Shown here: positions 19,399 through 28,294 of the stretch, piece by piece
Position numbering within the stretch: the stretch's first letter is position 1
How the letters are laid out: the number at the start of each line of letters is the position of its first letter
Virus record (IMG/VR): IMGVR_UViG_3300021197_001489
Location: 186,001 to 250,000 of that record
DNA: 64,000 bases
Direction: 5' to 3' (one strand)
Notes under the pieces: model-generated
Seen by the model: the letters and a program-made list of their open reading frames with translations, nothing else
What the model was told of the DNA's origin: nothing
The model's database searches: none
Program-made: the position numbers and the translations under genes

Positions 19399-21071
19399 AA
19401 TTGCTTACAGTTTATATTGGATGGGATAGTAGAGAACCTATTGCTGCAGATGTTTGTCGACACAGTATCCTTGAACACGCAAGTATACCAGTTAATATTG
19501 TTATGCTAAAGCAAGATGAACTACGTGAAAGAGAGCTGTATTGGCGTGATGTTGATAAACTAGCAAGCACTGAGTTTACGTTTACTAGATTCCTTGTTCC
19601 TGAACTTAACTGCTTCGAAGGTACAGCTATATTCATGGACAGTGATATGATTATTACTACAGATATTGCTGAATTAATTGCAGATGTAGACCCTAACAAA
19701 GCAGTTAGTTGTGTGCAACATGACTATACTCCGCCAGAAGGTGTTAAGATGGACGGACAACAACAGTTGGCCTATCCACGTAAAAACTGGAGCTCAATGG
19801 TTGTGTGGAACTGTGCGCATCCTGCTAACCAGCAAGTAACCAAAGAATTAGTAAATGATCCTGAAATTACTGGTGCATACTTACATAGGTTTAGTTGGCT
19901 TGAGGATGACTATATTGGATTGCTTGGGCCACAATGGAACTGGCTTGTAGATTGGTATGTTGAAGGCAGAGATGGTTCACCTTTATTGTTACACTACACT
20001 GAAGGCGGTCCTTGGTTTCCAAATCACGAAAATTGTGGTTATGCAGACGTTTGGAACAACTATCATAATGATTACTTAATGTCAAAACCTCAGGCAAGTG
20101 TAAGTATTAAAGATTTAAGTTTGCCAGAAGAAATTACGAATACCCTACACAACATTTTAGAATCTGCAAAAGATCCGTTTAATATCTACACAGATGGAAG
20201 TATGAAACAGTATATGAAGGATCTGACATTCCAGTATGAACAACAAAAGGTTGTAGGTATAGTTGATGCAGGGCTTGTTCCCAAGGAGGATGAAGTGGTT
20301 AAAGAACCTAAAAAAGATGCAATACTTGATAATTTTCTCACAGGAGCTCAAGGAGTTTTTGCTGGTAGTAAACACTTAGATGACTTAGACACTAAAACAC
20401 CTATAGTGGTTCGAGGCATTGCAAAAAAGAAAGTAATGCATAAAGCCCTCAAAGATGGCAGAGACTTTTATTATATTGACACAGGATACTTTGGAAACCA
20501 AAAAACGAAATTGTATCACAGATGTGTAAAAAATGGATTGCAGTTTAATTTGCCAATTTGGAAAGATTGTCCAGACGACAGGTTCATTAGAACTAACACA
20601 ACAATACGTAGAAAAAGCTCAGGTAGGAATATACTTGTATGTCCGCCAAGCCAGAAAGCATTGAGCTATTGGGGAGTAAATTTGCAAGAATGGTTAGAAT
20701 CTACCAAACAAGAAATAGCAAAACACACTGACAGACCGATTGTAATACGTGAAAAACAAAAACGTCATGTGCGTACAAACGAAGACACTATGGAAATGGC
20801 ACTGCAACGTGATGTACACTGTTTGGTTACATACAATAGTATTGCCGCAGTTGAAGCACTAATAATGGGTAAACCAGTTTTCACAATGGGGCCTAATGCT
20901 GCAGAACCTTTAGCAAACACTAGTTTGAAACGTTTAGACAACCCATTAATGCCTACCGTGGAAAGAATAAGACAACTCTGTTGTAATCTTGCATATGGAC
21001 AGTTTACACCCGCTGAAATGGTCGATGGTACTGCTTGGAGAATACTCCAGGAGTTCAATGAACGAGAGTAA
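19389..21071 (+). CDS. Two-domain glycosyltransferase (GT8-like GT-A + KpsS/KpsC-like domain)
   Basis: YIGWDSRE, STEFTFTRF, FMDSD, RKNWSS, HYTEGGPW; C-terminal IDTGYF..VTYNS.AAVEA..G.PVF. Confidence 0.8.
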   Translation: MELELLTVYIGWDSREPIAADVCRHSILEHASIPVNIVMLKQDELRERELYWRDVDKLASTEFTFTRFLVPELNCFEGTAIFMDSDMIITTDIAELIADVDPNKAVSCVQHDYTPPEGVKMDGQQQLAYPRKNWSSMVVWNCAHPANQQVTKELVNDPEITGAYLHRFSWLEDDYIGLLGPQWNWLVDWYVEGRDGSPLLLHYTEGGPWFPNHENCGYADVWNNYHNDYLMSKPQASVSIKDLSLPEEITNTLHNILESAKDPFNIYTDGSMKQYMKDLTFQYEQQKVVGIVDAGLVPKEDEVVKEPKKDAILDNFLTGAQGVFAGSKHLDDLDTKTPIVVRGIAKKKVMHKALKDGRDFYYIDTGYFGNQKTKLYHRCVKNGLQFNLPIWKDCPDDRFIRTNTTIRRKSSGRNILVCPPSQKALSYWGVNLQEWLESTKQEIAKHTDRPIVIREKQKRHVRTNEDTMEMALQRDVHCLVTYNSIAAVEALIMGKPVFTMGPNAAEPLANTSLKRLDNPLMPTVERIRQLCCNLAYGQFTPAEMVDGTAWRILQEFNERE

Positions 21072-21073
21072 AA

Positions 21074-22030
21074 ATGACAACATGGGATTATGATGTTGTC
21101 GTCTACTTGGGCACTTTACCAAAAATTAGAAATCACAACATCAAAGTACAAGTTATGAGAGCTTTTGGAACAGGCGCTGCTAAATGCGGAGTGCGTTGTC
21201 TTGTTGACGATAATTTACAAAATAGGCAAGTGTACAATACAAGACTAGCAGTCATACTTGGATGGGTTGGCATGAGCTACAGTGGTCCTCATATATACTT
21301 TCGGGAAGCAATAATACAGCAGCAGGAACGAACTGGCGCCAAAGTGATGAGTATAGACGGCAGTTGTTTCAAGTTTCATAAAGATCACGAAAACATGTGG
21401 TTAAGATACAGTCTTGACAATGTGTTTTGGAACAGTGGCAACTATGCCAACCGTAATAGTACTAGCAAACACTGGGACATGGTTAAGAGCAGTTTGAACC
21501 TTGTTGAAAAACCTTGGCGCAATGATGGTGATAACATCCTTGTGTGCTTGCAAAGGGACAACGGATGGAATGCAAAAGGTTTTGATCAAGAAGCGTGGCT
21601 TAAGAAGACTATTAAAAAGATACGTCATCTTACTGACGAACCAATTAAAATCAGAGCTCATCCTGGAGATCTAAACCCAAGTGGCAAAAAATCAAAACGT
21701 GATTGGAGTTGGGTAAATCAGTTTTCTGGATGCGAACTTGTTGATAGTATGCACACAACATTACATCAAAGCATGAAGACTGCAAGATGCGCAGTATATT
21801 ATAATAGTTCGAGCAGTGTATTGAGTGTGCTAGAGGGAATACCAACGTTTGTAAGTGAAGAAGGTGCAGTTACTTGGGACGTAGCAAATCACAACATTAA
21901 GAATATTTTAAATCCATTTATGCCTGATCGTACACAATGGTTTAACGACTTAGCACAAGCACATTGGACACTAAAGCAAAGTCAAAATGGTGAAATATAT
22001 CGCCACTTTGCACAGTATCTACCAACCTAG
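21074..22030 (+). CDS. Capsule-synthesis KpsS/KpsC-like GT-B protein
   Basis: ILVCLQ, IRAHPG, YNSSSSV..VLEGIPTF. Confidence 0.6.
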   Translation: MTTWDYDVVVYLGTLPKIRNHNIKVQVMRAFGTGAAKCGVRCLVDDNLQNRQVYNTRLAVILGWVGMSYSGPHIYFREAIIQQQERTGAKVMSIDGSCFKFHKDHENMWLRYSLDNVFWNSGNYANRNSTSKHWDMVKSSLNLVEKPWRNDGDNILVCLQRDNGWNAKGFDQEAWLKKTIKKIRHLTDEPIKIRAHPGDLNPSGKKSKRDWSWVNQFSGCELVDSMHTTLHQSMKTARCAVYYNSSSSVLSVLEGIPTFVSEEGAVTWDVANHNIKNILNPFMPDRTQWFNDLAQAHWTLKQSQNGEIYRHFAQYLPT

Positions 22031-22669
22031 TATACAATCATCGCGCACTTGCGCAAGTTTACTAGCACCCCAACTTTGTAACAAATCAACGCAATTATAT
22101 TGCGTATCTTTGGTAATACCTATGTCTTTGTGCAATTTTTGTTCAACTACAATTACAGGTTTGTGATGCTTGATAGTTTCTTGAGCACCTTCTAGTATTG
22201 ACAATTCATAGCCTTCACAGTCAATCTTAATATAGTCAATTCTTTCAAATTCCAAACCGTCTAAACGCCACATTTTAATGTTGCCTGTGCCAATAGTGCT
22301 GTTGTCAACATGACTGTGTCCAGTATTACCTTCGGTAACAATCATATTGATAGTTGTGTCGGTGGATCCTAGTGCATAAGGACGTATGTCAATATTACTA
22401 GCAGTAGCATTTTTAATCAAGCAGTTGCGAAAGTCTGCTACAGGTTCAAATGCAATAACCTTTTTGAACTGTTGTGCAAGATCTCTGCTCCACAATCCAA
22501 TGTTTGCACCAATATCCAGTGCAACATCTTTTTGTTTTACAAATTGCAAACTTTTTGTACGCACTGGCTCCTGATATACAGGACCGCCGCCTTTTTTAAT
22601 ATTTTTTGTCAGCATTGCTGCAAAGTGTGTATCCTGATCAGGAAACCACCAACCATGTTTTTCATACAT
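22019..22669 (-). CDS. FkbM-family methyltransferase
   Basis: ALDIGANIG, FEP, IKIDCEGYE, PVIVVE. Confidence 0.88.
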   Translation of the reverse strand: MYEKHGWWFPDQDTHFAAMLTKNIKKGGGPVYQEPVRTKSLQFVKQKDVALDIGANIGLWSRDLAQQFKKVIAFEPVADFRNCLIKNATASNIDIRPYALGSTDTTINMIVTEGNTGHSHVDNSTIGTGNIKMWRLDGLEFERIDYIKIDCEGYELSILEGAQETIKHHKPVIVVEQKLHKDIGITKDTQYNCVDLLQSWGASKLAQVRDDCILGW

Positions 22670-23061
22670 CAAAAATCAATCTCCAATCCAAGGCCTATAT
22701 TGTCACTGGCAGCTTTGCTGTGTACAATAGTGGTAAAAGACAAACTCCATTTATCCCAAGGATCTGGCAAGTATCGTGCCATCTGGTAGTTCAGCATTGT
22801 CCTGGCAACAAAGTACTTATTTACATCGCCTCTACTGGGATGACGCCCAAGTAGGGGATTTGTCTCATGGTAGTTTTCGTCATATCGTTCTGTTAAGTTT
22901 AGTGTACTACCCCAGTCGGCTGCAATTGCAATATTGCTAGCAACAAACACAGTGCGTTTTTCTGTATCCCACTCTTTCCAGTTACTGGCGTGTGTGCTAC
23001 ATCCTGCTAATGTGATGCACACCAGCAGAAATGCTATGCAATATTTAAAAATGTAGGTCAC
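22669..23061 (-). CDS. Putative lipoprotein
   Basis: Hydrophobic signal with LAGC lipobox; ETNPLLG motif. Confidence 0.55.
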   Translation of the reverse strand: MTYIFKYCIAFLLVCITLAGCSTHASNWKEWDTEKRTVFVASNIAIAADWGSTLNLTERYDENYHETNPLLGRHPSRGDVNKYFVARTMLNYQMARYLPDPWDKWSLSFTTIVHSKAASDNIGLGLEIDF

Positions 23062-23888
23062 TTGGGTTTTATACTTTTCCAGTATGCATTATTTTCGTGT
23101 AGCTTCATATCACTGCGTTCGGAGTGGCCTTGTTGTTTCCTGTCACCCTTCATGTGATCTATGTACTTGCCTAACTCACTGTTGATAAACGGATGGCCAG
23201 CCAGTCCTTTGGTGTCGGGTTGCGGGTTAAGATCATGAAAAACAGCGCCTTTGGTATCTCTGTACAGTTTACGCTGAACGTCGAACAAGTAACTGTCGTG
23301 CCACTCTTTTTGTTCAAACATAGTATCGTTGATATACATGTTAGCAAAGTCGTTTACAAAGTCAATACCCAACGGATGTCTGCGATTATACCCTACCCAA
23401 CCACATTCGCTATGGTACATGTCTGTTCTTCCTAGGTGTGTTGCAACACATGAGTCATTGCTCACTGTGTCAAGAAAGTTTTCTGGTATTGGTGTGTGGG
23501 TCCGAGTATCAGCATCCAGCCAAATAATCCAATCACTGTCAATGTTGTTTACTGCATGATGCACTGCAAAAACCTTGTAACAAAATCTTAAACCTTGCCA
23601 TTTAAAATGTTTATTTGGTTTCCAAATACGTTCGTTATGAGGGCCGAGACCACCGTTTGCTTCTGGATTGTTTTTGTGCCGTTTTGTAAACCGTTTGCAA
23701 TGTTTGCTGTTGGCAATTAAATCTATGCAACGAACATTACGCTTGGAAACAACAGGTGTACAGTTTTCTGTATACACTACTAAATCAACACTGTTAGGCC
23801 AGAACTGTTCAAATGTATTGATCATTCGTTGGCCATACAATTTCAAGCCTTCCTTGTGAAATGTGGTAACTACAGTATAACGTTTCAT
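23058..23888 (-). CDS. GT-A fold glycosyltransferase
   Basis: KVFA, WIIWLDADT (DxD), ECG, EWHDS, H.KG; start at TAAATA-N5-ATG. Confidence 0.75.
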   Translation of the reverse strand: MKRYTVVTTFHKEGLKLYGQRMINTFEQFWPNSVDLVVYTENCTPVVSKRNVRCIDLIANSKHCKRFTKRHKNNPEANGGLGPHNERIWKPNKHFKWQGLRFCYKVFAVHHAVNNIDSDWIIWLDADTRTHTPIPENFLDTVSNDSCVATHLGRTDMYHSECGWVGYNRRHPLGIDFVNDFANMYINDTMFEQKEWHDSYLFDVQRKLYRDTKGAVFHDLNPQPDTKGLAGHPFINSELGKYIDHMKGDRKQQGHSERSDMKLHENNAYWKSIKPK

Positions 23889-23904
23889 ATGAGTATTTAT
23901 AGTC

Positions 23905-24774
23905 GTGATCATTAACTGTGCATATTATCCAGAGCAGTGTGCTAAGAACAGCCCTACAGTTTTGCAAGCATTTCTAAACAGCCTTAGAGTTGCTGGTATT
24001 ACTCCAGTGGAAAACAGTTTGGATTGTGATGCTGTGGTTATATGGAGTGTGCTGTGGAACGGTCGTATGGCAAAGAACCAAAGTGTGTACGAACACTATC
24101 GCATGCAGGGCAAGCCAGTAATTGTAATTGATGTAGGCGCACTTAAACGTGACACAACTTGGAAAATTGCAATTAACAATATAAATGCTGATGGATACTA
24201 CGGGCATCAACAAAATCTTGATTGGGATCGTCCTGCAAAACTGGGATTCCAACTACACGATATTCCTTACAGGAAGCGTGACAGCATACTGATAGCAATG
24301 CAACACACAAAAAGCCTCCAGTGGCATAATATGCCTGCTCCTATTGAATGGCTGAAAGATACAGTAAACAAGTTGCGACAGTACACTGAGCGTCATATTA
24401 GGGTTCGACCGCATCCACGCAGTCCAGTGTTTATTCCTGTACACAGGTTTGGCATGGCAAATTTAGATAATTGCAGCTTGGAAGAACCAATGAGGATCAA
24501 TGATACATACGACCAGTATGATATTGACTATGAATATCATCTGGTGGTCAATCATTGCAGCGGACCCGGAATCAAGGCTGCAATTGACGGAACATCTGTA
24601 CTTACAGATCCAAGCAGTCTTGCGCACCCTGTAAGTACACGTTTAGAATATGTTGAAAACCCTCCACCACCAACAAGAGATCAGTGGTTTGTGGAAATAT
24701 GCCACACTGAATACACTGTGGAAGAAATAGAACAAGGTTTATGGCTAAAAAGATTAAGCGACTCTCTGGAGTAG
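23905..24774 (+). CDS. Capsule-synthesis KpsS/KpsC-like GT-B protein
   Basis: ILIAMQ, VRPHPR, NHCSGPGIKAAIDG; paralog of 21074-22030. Confidence 0.6.
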   Translation: MIINCAYYPEQCAKNSPTVLQAFLNSLRVAGITPVENSLDCDAVVIWSVLWNGRMAKNQSVYEHYRMQGKPVIVIDVGALKRDTTWKIAINNINADGYYGHQQNLDWDRPAKLGFQLHDIPYRKRDSILIAMQHTKSLQWHNMPAPIEWLKDTVNKLRQYTERHIRVRPHPRSPVFIPVHRFGMANLDNCSLEEPMRINDTYDQYDIDYEYHLVVNHCSGPGIKAAIDGTSVLTDPSSLAHPVSTRLEYVENPPPPTRDQWFVEICHTEYTVEEIEQGLWLKRLSDSLE

Positions 24775-25496
24775 ATGACGTTATTGACTGTGCTTGTCTA
24801 ATACATGACAGACTCTATGACTGGACATACGTCGATAGGCTTTACAAAAGTCTATGTCGCAATCTCACACCCACAGTGCGAATGCATGTGTACACAGAAA
24901 GCAACAGGCCAGTACCAAATCCTTATATTAAACATGATTTACAAGAGTGGGATGGTGTGCGAGGACCAAAGCGTTCATGGTGGTACAAAGTGCAATTGTT
25001 TAATCACAAACACTGGGCCAGAGGCTACACCAAAATGCTTTATTTTGATTTAGATACTGTGATTGTTGGCAACATTGATTGGCTATGGCAAAAGCCAGAC
25101 ACCAAGTTTTGGGCAGCACGAGATTTCAAATACCTTATGAAAGGTTCTCGTTGGTGTATTAATAGCAGTGTAATGTGGTTTGATCCTGTAAAGTATAATT
25201 ATGTATACAGCGAATTCGATGTGAAACAGATAGTGAATAACCCCCGGTGTCTATGGCATGGCGATCAAGACTATATTTTTAGCAAAATAAAAGATGATGT
25301 TGCTTATTATAGCACAGATCAGATATTAAGCTACCGCTGGCAGGTAATGGAAGGCGGATTTGATTTTCGCTACAGAAAACACCTAGACCCTGGCGGGCCT
25401 TCGGTGCTACCAAGTGATGCAAGCATACTGATATTTCATGGCAATCCCAAGCCACTCGAAGTTAAAGATAATATAATATCCCAACACTGGCGATAA
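24741..25496 (+). CDS. GT8-like glycosyltransferase
   Basis: WWYK, LYFDLDTVI, NSSVM, GDQDY, FHGNPKP. Confidence 0.8.
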   Translation: MAKKIKRLSGVDDVIDCACLIHDRLYDWTYVDRLYKSLCRNLTPTVRMHVYTESNRPVPNPYIKHDLQEWDGVRGPKRSWWYKVQLFNHKHWARGYTKMLYFDLDTVIVGNIDWLWQKPDTKFWAARDFKYLMKGSRWCINSSVMWFDPVKYNYVYSEFDVKQIVNNPRCLWHGDQDYIFSKIKDDVAYYSTDQILSYRWQVMEGGFDFRYRKHLDPGGPSVLPSDASILIFHGNPKPLEVKDNIISQHWR

Positions 25497-25620
25497 ATAT
25501 GTTTAGTTACAGTGTGTGGCCGCAGTTACACATTGTCATTGATTATTTCCGGGTATGCTATGCAAATGCGGCTGCCTAATACTGCGGTAAGTTAAACATA
25601 AAACAAAAGGAAATAATTTT
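25494..25620 (+). ncRNA. Putative structured cis-regulatory leader RNA (pseudoknot-like) after late promoter TAAATA
   Basis: Stem 25509-17/25528-36; loop pairs with 25581-87 or 25567-73; the longest GC-enriched intergenic gap in the region. Confidence 0.45.
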
Positions 25621-26112
25621 ATGGGAACAAAAACTCTTATTTTAGACGGTGAAAACCTGGTTGCAGATAGCAATGTTACAGTATTGTGTGATGGCGTATC
25701 AGTTGCTTCTGGCGCACTTTCAAAAGCAGTTACTAGCGGCAATGGCGACAACATAGGCGAATTAGCTACTTGGACAATTGACGTACCTACTGTAACAGAA
25801 TGGTCCTCTTCTCTTAAAACGGATGGTTGGCCTACTACTGATCACAGTATCAGTATTTCAGTTGTTAGCGGAAGTGTCAACGTTGGCTCAATCAGAATAA
25901 TTAACCCTCAAAACTCCAATCCTGTACTTACCACGTGGGATTATAAGGACCAGCGGAAAAACGTTTTACTTGATGGTTCAGCACCTACAGATCCAACTGA
26001 GGCAGATTTTGAGGGCGAGGTTTGGACTCTGAGCGCAGGCGAAACGCTAACTTGCGTTGTCACAGTTACAAGTAATTCCACCCTTCTAAGCCCTGATCCA
26101 GCATACGCTTAA
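25621..26112 (+). CDS. Hypothetical beta-rich (S/T/V) protein, possibly virion-associated
   Basis: AAGGA RBS; own promoter and terminator. Confidence 0.6.
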   Translation: MGTKTLILDGENLVADSNVTVLCDGVSVASGALSKAVTSGNGDNIGELATWTIDVPTVTEWSSSLKTDGWPTTDHSISISVVSGSVNVGSIRIINPQNSNPVLTTWDYKDQRKNVLLDGSAPTDPTEADFEGEVWTLSAGETLTCVVTVTSNSTLLSPDPAYA

Positions 26113-26126
26113 TTTGTTGGAACCTT

Positions 26127-26154
26127 AAAAAGCACCCAATAGGGTGCTTTTTTT
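26127..26154 (+). terminator. Rho-independent terminator
   Basis: AAAAAGCACCC-AATA-GGGTGCTTTTTTT. Confidence 0.9.
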
Positions 26155-26174
26155 GTGGCCAAACTGTAGAAAAC

Positions 26175-26204
26175 GGTTGACCTTTTATCTATATGTGTTA
26201 TACT
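26175..26204 (+). promoter_or_regulatory. Early sigma70-type promoter 1
   Basis: GGTTGACCTTTT; TTGACC 26177-82, 16 nt, TATACT 26199-26204. Confidence 0.75.
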
Positions 26205-26233
26205 GTATGTACAGTTAGAAAAAAGGAGCAGAC

Positions 26234-26539
26234 ATGCGCTACGCAGATACACCAGAACTTCAAGCCGCAATTGATACAATTCGTGCTATTAAAACCCAAG
26301 CAGATCTCAATGTACTTGCTGATGTATGGAAACAGCAGATGACTTTTATTGGGCGTCAAGCAAGTTCAGGACTGGCTAAAGGCGACACAATCACTTGGGA
26401 ATATGGCGGCATTGTTAAGCAAGGTATCATTACAAAAATGAACCGCAAAACTGTTGAAGTTGTTAACGCAGGTGCAACTCCATTTGGCGCAACTCGCACT
26501 AAGATCCATAACAGCATGATTACTGGAAAAATTTCTTAA
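26234..26539 (+). CDS. Early hypothetical protein (SH3-like C-terminus)
   Basis: AGGAG RBS; KGDTITW..G.ITKMNRKTVEV. Confidence 0.7.
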   Translation: MRYADTPELQAAIDTIRAIKTQADLNVLADVWKQQMTFIGRQASSGLAKGDTITWEYGGIVKQGIITKMNRKTVEVVNAGATPFGATRTKIHNSMITGKIS

Positions 26540-26555
26540 AAAAGTTGCATTTAGA

Positions 26556-26586
26556 GGTTGACCTTTTTGTAAATATCGGTTATACT
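26556..26586 (+). promoter_or_regulatory. Early sigma70-type promoter 2
   Basis: GGTTGACCTTTT; TTGACC 26558-63, 17 nt, TATACT 26581-86. Confidence 0.8.
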
Positions 26587-26616
26587 ATATATAACAGTTA
26601 GGAAATAGGAGCTAGT

Positions 26617-26967
26617 ATGCAACACGAAATTAGAAAATTGATCCAAGATATTGTTAAAGATTATGCTAATTGGCAGGGACTTTGTGCTGCAAATCGTGCA
26701 GACACTTGTAGCAAAGTGCAAAAAGACATGTTTGATCGCTTTAAGTCTCGTATTACTTTCAAAGAAGGTAACAAGTATATTAAAATCTTCTCTGAAGGCG
26801 GAAGTGTTTGGGGATTTGTTGTTAACACTGATAAAGATAACAAGTTCCGCAAAGGTGATATTCTTAAAGCAGCTGGTTACAATGCTCCAGCTCGTAACCA
26901 AGCACGTGGTAACATCTTAGATGGTGATTATACAATCGAGTGGACAGGTCCACTTTACTTAAACTAG
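26617..26967 (+). CDS. Early conserved phage protein
   Basis: AGGAGCTAG RBS; G.KYIKI..SVWGF..GDILKAAG..APA...ARGNI. Confidence 0.75.
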   Translation: MQHEIRKLIQDIVKDYANWQGLCAANRADTCSKVQKDMFDRFKSRITFKEGNKYIKIFSEGGSVWGFVVNTDKDNKFRKGDILKAAGYNAPARNQARGNILDGDYTIEWTGPLYLN

Positions 26968-26975
26968 GAGACAGT

Positions 26976-27161
26976 ATGTCAGATAAAAAAATTATTGCTA
27001 GCGATCCTGAAGACCAAGCCGCCTATGATGAGTTTTTTGCCAAGGGCGGCAAGGTTACAGTGTGCGATACAAATGCTCGCACAGAAGATTTGGTAATTAA
27101 TCCTTGGCAGCGCGGCCGCGGTCGTCCAAAAGCTAAGCCAGAAGCAAAGGCAAAAAAATAA
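26976..27161 (+). CDS. Small early protein (FFAKGGKVTVC motif)
   Basis: AGGAG RBS before ATG 26976. Confidence 0.65.
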   Translation: MSDKKIIASDPEDQAAYDEFFAKGGKVTVCDTNARTEDLVINPWQRGRGRPKAKPEAKAKK

Positions 27162-27316
27162 TGTATTATGTAATTGGAGAAGATGAAAACGGCGAGTTTG
27201 ATGCATGGGAGCATCTTACTGCTGAACAGGCAATGGCAGTTAGAAATGAGTACATGCTGCTAGGACGTGAAAATAGATTGGGTAAAATGCCTGACCAAAT
27301 TCAACAAACTGGTTGA
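27161..27316 (+). CDS. Small hypothetical protein (51 aa, not in ORF track)
   Basis: TAATG-coupled ORF MYYVIGEDENGEFDAWEHL... Confidence 0.55.
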   Translation: MYYVIGEDENGEFDAWEHLTAEQAMAVRNEYMLLGRENRLGKMPDQIQQTG

Positions 27317-27341
27317 CCTTTTGTAAAAACTGTCGTATAAT
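27311..27341 (+). promoter_or_regulatory. Early sigma70-type promoter 3
   Basis: GGTTGACCTTTT; TTGACC 27313-18, 17 nt, TATAAT 27336-41. Confidence 0.82.
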
Positions 27342-27382
27342 CAATTATAAGCTGAAAAAGCAAACACATTGAGGAGCTAGAC

Positions 27383-28195
27383 ATGCGTAATGCAAAACAA
27401 GAATCAAAAACTATCAAATTTGAAACAGACGAGCAGGTAATCAAGCGTATTGCTACTCGCTTTAATATTCTACATGACATGACCAAAGCAGTTATTGCAG
27501 GCGATGTCCGTGCAATGATTGTAACTGGTCCTCCGGGTGTGGGCAAAAGTTACGGTGTAGAGCAAGAACTTGACAAAAGTTCTATGCTGGATCAAATTGC
27601 CGGACGTGGCATAAAGTTTGAAGTTGTTAAAGGTGCAATGACTGCACTGGGTTTGTATGCCAAACTGTACGAGCATGCAGACAAGAACCATGTTATTGTG
27701 TTTGACGACTGTGACAGTGTGCTTATGGACGAACTTAGCCTTAACATACTCAAAGCTGCACTGGATTCAGGCAAGAAACGTACACTACATTGGAATGCAG
27801 ACAGTGCAAAACTTCGTGCAGAAGGTATTCCAAACAAATTTGAATTCAAGGGTGGTGTTATCTTTATTACCAATGTTAAGTTTGAGAACATCCGCAGCAA
27901 AAAACTGCAAGACCATCTTGAGGCACTGCAAAGTCGTTGTCACTATCTAGATCTTACACTGGATACAATGCGGGACAAGTTTTTGCGTATTAAACAGATC
28001 TGCGCTACAGGTGAACTGTTTGCGGGTTATGATATCAGCACAGACCAACAAAACGAAGTGCTTGACTTTATGAATGAAAAGAAAGATATACTTCGTGAAA
28101 TGAGTTTGCGTATGGCGCTAAAGATAGCTGATCTTACCAAAGTCTCTCCTAATTGGAAAGAACTTGCTGAGAATACAGTAATGCGTCGTAGGTAA
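27383..28195 (+). CDS. AAA+ family ATPase (early)
   Basis: Walker A GPPGVGKS, Walker B VIVFDDCD, FITN, ALQSR arginine finger. Confidence 0.88.
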   Translation: MRNAKQESKTIKFETDEQVIKRIATRFNILHDMTKAVIAGDVRAMIVTGPPGVGKSYGVEQELDKSSMLDQIAGRGIKFEVVKGAMTALGLYAKLYEHADKNHVIVFDDCDSVLMDELSLNILKAALDSGKKRTLHWNADSAKLRAEGIPNKFEFKGGVIFITNVKFENIRSKKLQDHLEALQSRCHYLDLTLDTMRDKFLRIKQICATGELFAGYDISTDQQNEVLDFMNEKKDILREMSLRMALKIADLTKVSPNWKELAENTVMRRR

Positions 28196-28197
28196 AA

Positions 28198-28237
28198 CGG
28201 ATTGTCATTTAAACAGATCTAGCTCCTGGACAATCTG
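28198..28237 (+). ncRNA. Putative 3'-UTR regulatory hairpin displaying an anti-Shine-Dalgarno loop
   Basis: Stem CGGATTGTC/GACAATCTG; loop TCTAGCTCCT is the reverse complement of AGGAGCTAGA 27372-81. Confidence 0.5.
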
Positions 28238-28243
28238 AACCTT

Positions 28244-28277
28244 AGTGGGCAGTTGAAACATACTGCCCACTCTTTTT
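28244..28277 (+). terminator. Rho-independent terminator
   Basis: AGTGGGCAGT-N8-ACTGCCCACT-CTTTTT. Confidence 0.85.
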
Positions 28278-28294
28278 ACAAGATAAGTATTTGT

